Part shown: positions 21,240 through 25,854 of the stretch, in pieces
Layout of the letters: every line of letters begins with the position of its first letter
Position numbering within the stretch: position 1 is the stretch's first letter
Source: a virus
Lineage: Duplodnaviria > Caudoviricetes
IMG/VR virus record: IMGVR_UViG_3300025848_000171
Location: 1 to 25,854 of that record
Direction: 5' to 3' (one strand)
DNA: 25,854 nt
The notes under the pieces: model-generated
The model's input: only the letters and a program-made list of their open reading frames with translations
Databases searched by the model: none
Told to the model about the DNA's origin: nothing
Program-made: the position numbers and the translations under genes

Positions 21240-21683
21240 ATGGCAGACATTGACAACGATTCCGCAGCCGGTGCGCTCGCGGAGAAGGGCCGGAAGAAGT
21301 CGGCGAAGAAGGGCAACCGTAGTTGGGCGCCCGCCGCTCCTCTCGGCATCAAGAGCAGGGACTCGTCCAGCAGGCTTCGCTGGGTCCACGCCGAACCCGC
21401 CAACATGCTGAAGAAGCGTGCTGAAGGCTGGGAGCAGGCGGATGCTGGAGACGCTGTCCACGACCGCCCCAATGGGGTGGAGTCGGGGGCGGGAAGTTCA
21501 GCCGGTGTGCTGGAGTATCGGGACATGGTCCTTATGAAGATGCCCGAAGAGATGGCTCGGGAGCGCGAGGCGTACTACCGCAACGCATCTCAGGAGCAGC
21601 TTACGGGACTCAAGACGAGGACGAAGAGAGACATCCGCTCAAAGACGGGCGTCACCGTCGAGGGCGACATCACAATCGACTAA
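21240..21683 (+). CDS. Conserved hypothetical head-module protein
   Basis: LRWV..KRAEGWE..LMKMPEE..REAYY; GGAGG precedes ATG 21240. Confidence 0.7.
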   Translation: MADIDNDSAAGALAEKGRKKSAKKGNRSWAPAAPLGIKSRDSSSRLRWVHAEPANMLKKRAEGWEQADAGDAVHDRPNGVESGAGSSAGVLEYRDMVLMKMPEEMAREREAYYRNASQEQLTGLKTRTKRDIRSKTGVTVEGDITID

Positions 21684-21704
21684 CCCCTCCAGAAGGAGTC
21701 CAAC

Positions 21705-22298
21705 ATGACCGACGCTCCCTATGGCCTCCAGGCCATTCGGAACAAGGCTGCTGGCAACACCCTCCGCACGAAGCTCTATCGAGTGACTGCGTCGGGCAAC
21801 ACCCAGGGCCTGTTCATCAACGACCCCGTCCGATTCAACTCGGCGGGCCTCGGCGTGATCCGCCTCTCGTCCAACGCTGCCGCGAACACCCGCTGCCTCG
21901 GCGTGGTTTCGGAGCTGTTTGACGAGAACGGTCGCCCGCTCACGTTCAGCCAGCCGGGCCGTGGCCCCTTCCTCCCCGCCTCGACGGCTGGGTGGGCGGC
22001 GGTCTACGACAGCCAGCAGATCACGTTCATCTGTCAGGCTGACGCCTCCGCTGCGGAGACGATGGTCGGGCAGTACGTCTCGCTGACGGCTGCGACGAAC
22101 GGCAACACGGCTGCGGGCACCTCGGTGATGCAGATCCGTGCGGGTTCGGCGGATACGTCCGTGAAGACCTTCCAGGTGCTGGGTCTGGCTCCGACTGAGG
22201 CTCGCGGCCTCGGCTCGGTCGCCAACAACTCGGCTTGGGGCAATGCGTACATCGACCTTGAGGTCCGCATCGCCCTCCACTCCTACACCTCGACCTGA
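21705..22298 (+). CDS. Putative head decoration/minor capsid protein
   Basis: DAPYGL N-terminus, LFINDPV, small-residue rich; immediately before the major capsid gene; AAGGAG Shine-Dalgarno. Confidence 0.6.
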   Translation: MTDAPYGLQAIRNKAAGNTLRTKLYRVTASGNTQGLFINDPVRFNSAGLGVIRLSSNAAANTRCLGVVSELFDENGRPLTFSQPGRGPFLPASTAGWAAVYDSQQITFICQADASAAETMVGQYVSLTAATNGNTAAGTSVMQIRAGSADTSVKTFQVLGLAPTEARGLGSVANNSAWGNAYIDLEVRIALHSYTST

Positions 22299-22313
22299 TA
22301 GGGAGGACCGCAC

Positions 22314-23204
22314 ATGACGACCGGAACTGGCAATCTCCCTGAACTCCTGTGGCCCGGCATCTCCACGATCTGGGCCGACACCTACCGCCGCTACCCGCCG
22401 CTGTGGAACCGCTTCATGATCCTGCGTCGCTCGAACAAGGCGTTCGAGAAGGAGCAGGGCGTGACGGGCTTCGGCCTCGTCGGGCAGAAGGACGATGGTG
22501 ACAGCGTCCCGTATGTGGACATGCTCCAGGGCTATCAGCGCGAGTACGTCAACCTGACCTACGGGCTGGGCACGACGATCACCCGCGAACTGATGGAAGA
22601 CGAGCAGTACAACGTCATCAACAACGTGCCGAAGATGCTGGCTGAGTCGATGCGTCAGACGGAAGAGACCGTCGCCGCTTCGGTCTTCAACCTCGGCTTC
22701 AGCACGATGCTGACGGCGGATGGCAGCGCCTTCTTCTCCTCGACGCACCCGAATGTCCGTGGTGGCACCCAGCGGAACATCCCCGCTGTCGCCTCGGACC
22801 TGACGCAGGCGTCGCTGGAGCAGGCGTACATCGACATCCACGACTGGCGCGACGACTCCGACCTGAAGATCAACCTCATGCCCGAGAAGCTGCTGGTCGC
22901 CCCGACCAACCGCTTCGTGGCTGAGAAGATCCTCGGGACGAAGTTCGCGGTGGGTTCGGCTGACAACGACATCAATCCGATGGCGGGCCAGCTTGACCTC
23001 ATCGTGAACCCGTTCCTCACGGACCCGGATGCGTGGTTCATCATCACGAACGCCAAGGCGGGCGCGACGTTCTACCGTCGCCGCAACGCCGAGATCACCC
23101 GTGACAACGAGTTCGACACGGAGATCCTCAAGACGAAGACGACGGCGCGCTTCTCGGTGGGTGCCACCGACTGGCGCTATGCGTACGCGAGCGCCGGAGC
23201 TTAG
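22314..23204 (+). CDS. Major capsid protein (HK97 fold)
   Basis: LLWPG, SNKAFEKE..GFG, YGLGTTITRELMED, TADG..FFS..HP, PEKLLV, NPFLTDPDAWF, DWR; GGGAGG Shine-Dalgarno; strong codon bias. Confidence 0.9.
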   Translation: MTTGTGNLPELLWPGISTIWADTYRRYPPLWNRFMILRRSNKAFEKEQGVTGFGLVGQKDDGDSVPYVDMLQGYQREYVNLTYGLGTTITRELMEDEQYNVINNVPKMLAESMRQTEETVAASVFNLGFSTMLTADGSAFFSSTHPNVRGGTQRNIPAVASDLTQASLEQAYIDIHDWRDDSDLKINLMPEKLLVAPTNRFVAEKILGTKFAVGSADNDINPMAGQLDLIVNPFLTDPDAWFIITNAKAGATFYRRRNAEITRDNEFDTEILKTKTTARFSVGATDWRYAYASAGA

Positions 23205-23243
23205 AAATAAGCATACCGCTGCTTCGTAGTACCCAGCAGGGGG

Positions 23244-23272
23244 AGGGGCATCCGAGAGGGTGCCCCTTTCTC
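23244..23272 (+). terminator. Probable intrinsic terminator or stabilising hairpin after the capsid gene
   Basis: AGGGGCATCC-GAGA-GGGTGCCCCT followed by TTCTC (weak U-tract). Confidence 0.55.
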
Positions 23273-23336
23273 ATAGGGGCCTTCCCCGTCCTTGCCCGGT
23301 GGGTAGATTGGGGACGGATCAGCAAAGGATCTCTCC

Positions 23337-24773
23337 ATGACCCTCAAGACGCAGTTCTCCGGCCCCGTTGCCTCTGGCATCGACACGGGCAACATCCCCA
23401 CGACCAACAAGGGTTTCGGTCGGTTCACCGTGTGGACCCCGCTGACGACCCTTCCGATCACGGCCCAGCCCGTCGCGGTCCTGCCGTTCGACGCGGTCCT
23501 GCATGAGATCAACATCTGGAAGACCGGGGCCTTCACGGGCGAGGCGGCCTTCAAGTTCGGCACCGCCACGGGCGGCTCGGACAACCTCGGAAGCATCTCC
23601 ATCTCGGGCAACTCGGTCTACCGGGCGTTCGTCAACTCGGCCACGGCCCAGACCACCCTGCCGTTCGCCCACGCGGGCGTTTCGGCCAACCCGACCCCGA
23701 TCTACTTCTCCACGGGCGCGATCTCGGGCACGACGAGCGCACTCGCCTCGGCTGCCTTCGTGGAGGTCATCTACACCCGCATCTCCCTGACGGATCGCCC
23801 GGATCTTGTTGCGGCGCACAAGGGGAATGATACGACCTATCAGGGGCCGGTTCGGTCTGGCGGCCAGGATGTCGGAATCCCGTCCCGCGCGGTCTGCGGC
23901 AACCTCGTCACCATCCAGCAGGCCACGGCAGCGTCCTCGCCGGTCAGCGGTCAGGTGGTGGGGATGATTCCCTACGGGGCGTACCTCAAGGAGATCAACT
24001 TCTACTGCCGCACGGCCCCGGCTGGTGAGGCGACGGTTCGCTTTGCCATCAACGGGGAGTCGGACAACCTCGGTAGCGTCTCGGTCTCTGCCGCTGGCGT
24101 CTACTCGGTTGCCATCACCTCTGCCGTCCGCGCCACGGTCCCGCTGGGCATCAACAGCGGCTCGGGCCAGCCGGTCAGGATGTCGGTCCTCGCGGCCTCG
24201 GGCGTGGTCACCGGGCTTCAGGGCATGGGTGAGCTTGTCATGGTCCGCAGGGGCCAGTCGGACGGCTACCCCGGCCCCGGCCAGAAGGAGACGACCTTCC
24301 AAGGCCCCATCGCCACGGGCGTCAACCTTGGCTCCTGGGGCAACGCCAAGCCCGAGATCGGGTGGGGTCGGTTCTCCAAGCTGACGACCACGATCCCCTC
24401 GACCAACGGTGTGGTGTCTGGCCTCCTCGTCGGCTACCTCCCCATCGGGGCGGCGCTGGTGGAGATCAACTACATCGCTGGCACGGCTGCCGGGGGTGAG
24501 GCGACGGTTCGGGCTGGTACGTCCCCCACGGTCTTCACCTCGGACACGCTGGGTGCGGTGTCGGTCTCTGCGGCTGGCATCTACAGCGTGATCTCCTCGA
24601 CGGCAGTCCGGGCCTTCGATGACTCGGGCGTCAACCGCGCCAAGAGCGGTGCCACCGCGCAGGCCATCTACCTCAACGTCGCGGCTGCCTCGGGTAGCAT
24701 CGCCACGCTGAGTGCAAACGCGGCGGTTGAGATCGTCTACACCCGCCTCGACCCCTCCATCTACGGAGTCTGA
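23337..24773 (+). CDS. Virion protein with three tandem ~155-aa homologous domains (candidate capsid cement/decoration protein)
   Basis: TQFSGPVASG / TTYQGPVRSG / TTFQGPIATG; SDNLGSISIS / SDNLGSVSVS / SDTLGAVSVS. Confidence 0.75.
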   Translation: MTLKTQFSGPVASGIDTGNIPTTNKGFGRFTVWTPLTTLPITAQPVAVLPFDAVLHEINIWKTGAFTGEAAFKFGTATGGSDNLGSISISGNSVYRAFVNSATAQTTLPFAHAGVSANPTPIYFSTGAISGTTSALASAAFVEVIYTRISLTDRPDLVAAHKGNDTTYQGPVRSGGQDVGIPSRAVCGNLVTIQQATAASSPVSGQVVGMIPYGAYLKEINFYCRTAPAGEATVRFAINGESDNLGSVSVSAAGVYSVAITSAVRATVPLGINSGSGQPVRMSVLAASGVVTGLQGMGELVMVRRGQSDGYPGPGQKETTFQGPIATGVNLGSWGNAKPEIGWGRFSKLTTTIPSTNGVVSGLLVGYLPIGAALVEINYIAGTAAGGEATVRAGTSPTVFTSDTLGAVSVSAAGIYSVISSTAVRAFDDSGVNRAKSGATAQAIYLNVAAASGSIATLSANAAVEIVYTRLDPSIYGV

Positions 24774-24774
24774 C

Positions 24775-25119
24775 ATGGCCCGCCCTAAGCAATGGACCTT
24801 CTCCCCGGTCTCCGGGGAAACCACGACGATCTACTGGCCGGTGGACACTTGGGTCTCCACGCAGGAGTACGCCTTCGTGTTCCGCCAGTTGTCTGGCACC
24901 GGTACCTACATGACCGGCTGCTCGGCTGCGTGGAGCATTGACCGTGTTCTGGCGAATGGCGTTGCCTCCGCGCAGTTCATTCAGGTCTCTGCCTTCTCTG
25001 CCGGGTGTTCGTTCACCCACGAAGACCCCGCCTCCTGCTTCCGGCTCACGATCCGCACCAGCGGCGCGGCGACCGTGGACATCATGGCGATGCAGAGCGG
25101 TCCTGAGCGGGTGAGCTAA
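24775..25119 (+). CDS. Hypothetical virion protein (114 aa)
   Basis: GGAG precedes ATG 24775; beta-rich. Confidence 0.65.
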   Translation: MARPKQWTFSPVSGETTTIYWPVDTWVSTQEYAFVFRQLSGTGTYMTGCSAAWSIDRVLANGVASAQFIQVSAFSAGCSFTHEDPASCFRLTIRTSGAATVDIMAMQSGPERVS

Positions 25120-25493
25120 TGGGCCGGTGGACGGAGCGCAATCGCTGGCGGCGGGGCCAATGGCTCGTCCGCGACGACGAGAGCGGCTTTGTCCACTACG
25201 CCGATCAGGTCGTTCGGCGCTGGGATGGGATGTACGTCCGCAAGGACCAGGATGAGCCGATTGACCCGCAATGGTTCATCACGGCTGAGTCCGACCCGAC
25301 CAACGTCCCCTTCGTCCGCCCCGACCAACCGGCTGGCCCCGCCTGCAAGACCGGGCCTGCCTACGATGCGGCGAACCAACCGATCAAGAGCTTCCCCGGC
25401 TACAACCTCTATGTGGGCAGCAGCATCGGGAGCATGGAGATCGAGTGCAGCTTCATCGTGTTCCCCGACACCGGCCCCTACCCTCCACGGTGA
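25119..25493 (+). CDS. Conserved hypothetical phage protein
   Basis: TAATG coupling; WLVRDDESGF..WDGMYV..EPIDPQ. Confidence 0.65.
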   Translation: MGRWTERNRWRRGQWLVRDDESGFVHYADQVVRRWDGMYVRKDQDEPIDPQWFITAESDPTNVPFVRPDQPAGPACKTGPAYDAANQPIKSFPGYNLYVGSSIGSMEIECSFIVFPDTGPYPPR

Positions 25494-25496
25494 CCC

Positions 25497-25854
25497 ATGG
25501 CACAGCAGGACAAGGCAACCCTCAAGCAGGCTTTCGAGACCGGAGACGCGCCCACGGGTAGCGACTTTGAGAACCTCATCGACAGCCAGTTGAACCTTGC
25601 CGAGACCACGGCGCAGACGATCAACGGCCCGGTCAACTTCGCGGGTGGCGTGACGTTCGCGGCGGTCTCTGCGGCAACGGTCGGCGGCAGCACGGGCACC
25701 TTCGGGACCATCACCGCTTCGGCGGGTTCGTTCACCCAGGTCTCGGCCAACGGGATCTTCGGGCTTGCCAAGGCCGAGTGCTACGCCACGGGCACGGGGT
25801 TGATCTCCACGACTGCGATCAACTCCTACGTCGTTACCAACGTCGGAACGTCTG
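25497..25854 (+). CDS. Tail-fibre-like protein, N-terminal part (truncated by the window edge)
   Basis: MAQQDKATLKQAFETGDAPTGSDFENLIDS resembles the LK..F.TG..PT..DF..LIDS fibre anchor motif; G/T/A/S-rich downstream. Confidence 0.6.
   Translation, partial: MAQQDKATLKQAFETGDAPTGSDFENLIDSQLNLAETTAQTINGPVNFAGGVTFAAVSAATVGGSTGTFGTITASAGSFTQVSANGIFGLAKAECYATGTGLISTTAINSYVVTNVGTS

Noticed and set aside
15795-24824. Long minus-strand ORFs (15795..17186, 19105..20493, 21639..22841, 23319..24824)
   Set aside because: Antisense shadows of codon-biased structural genes, with R/G/D/V-rich translations that lack motifs.
1-25854. Integrase, att site or host assignment
   Set aside because: No integrase, tRNA or host genes are in the window. 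High GC and a sigma54-like motif are insufficient to name the host or lifestyle.

Overview
High-GC tailed-phage DNA, probably podovirus-like with a P22-type portal. Bases 1-3.2 kb hold short leftward accessory genes, including a stand-alone DnaA-domain-IV-like protein and a clear type II hammerhead ribozyme at 2348-2401 on the minus strand. A divergent non-coding region (3.2-3.9 kb) carries a sigma54-like motif and a 14-bp tandem repeat array. The rightward block encodes terminase small and large subunits, a Holliday-junction-resolvase-like nuclease, a glycosyltransferase/methyltransferase cassette, portal, virion proteins, a GroES-like co-chaperonin, scaffold, major capsid protein, a triplicated-domain virion protein and the start of a tail-fibre-like gene. 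The most striking element is a 280-aa intein in the TerL nuclease motif. Its HNH endonuclease is not fused in frame but is overprinted in another reading frame, with its own Shine-Dalgarno site. Its stop codon lies inside the intein's terminal His-Asn codons. All product calls come from motif recognition by eye, with no database searches.
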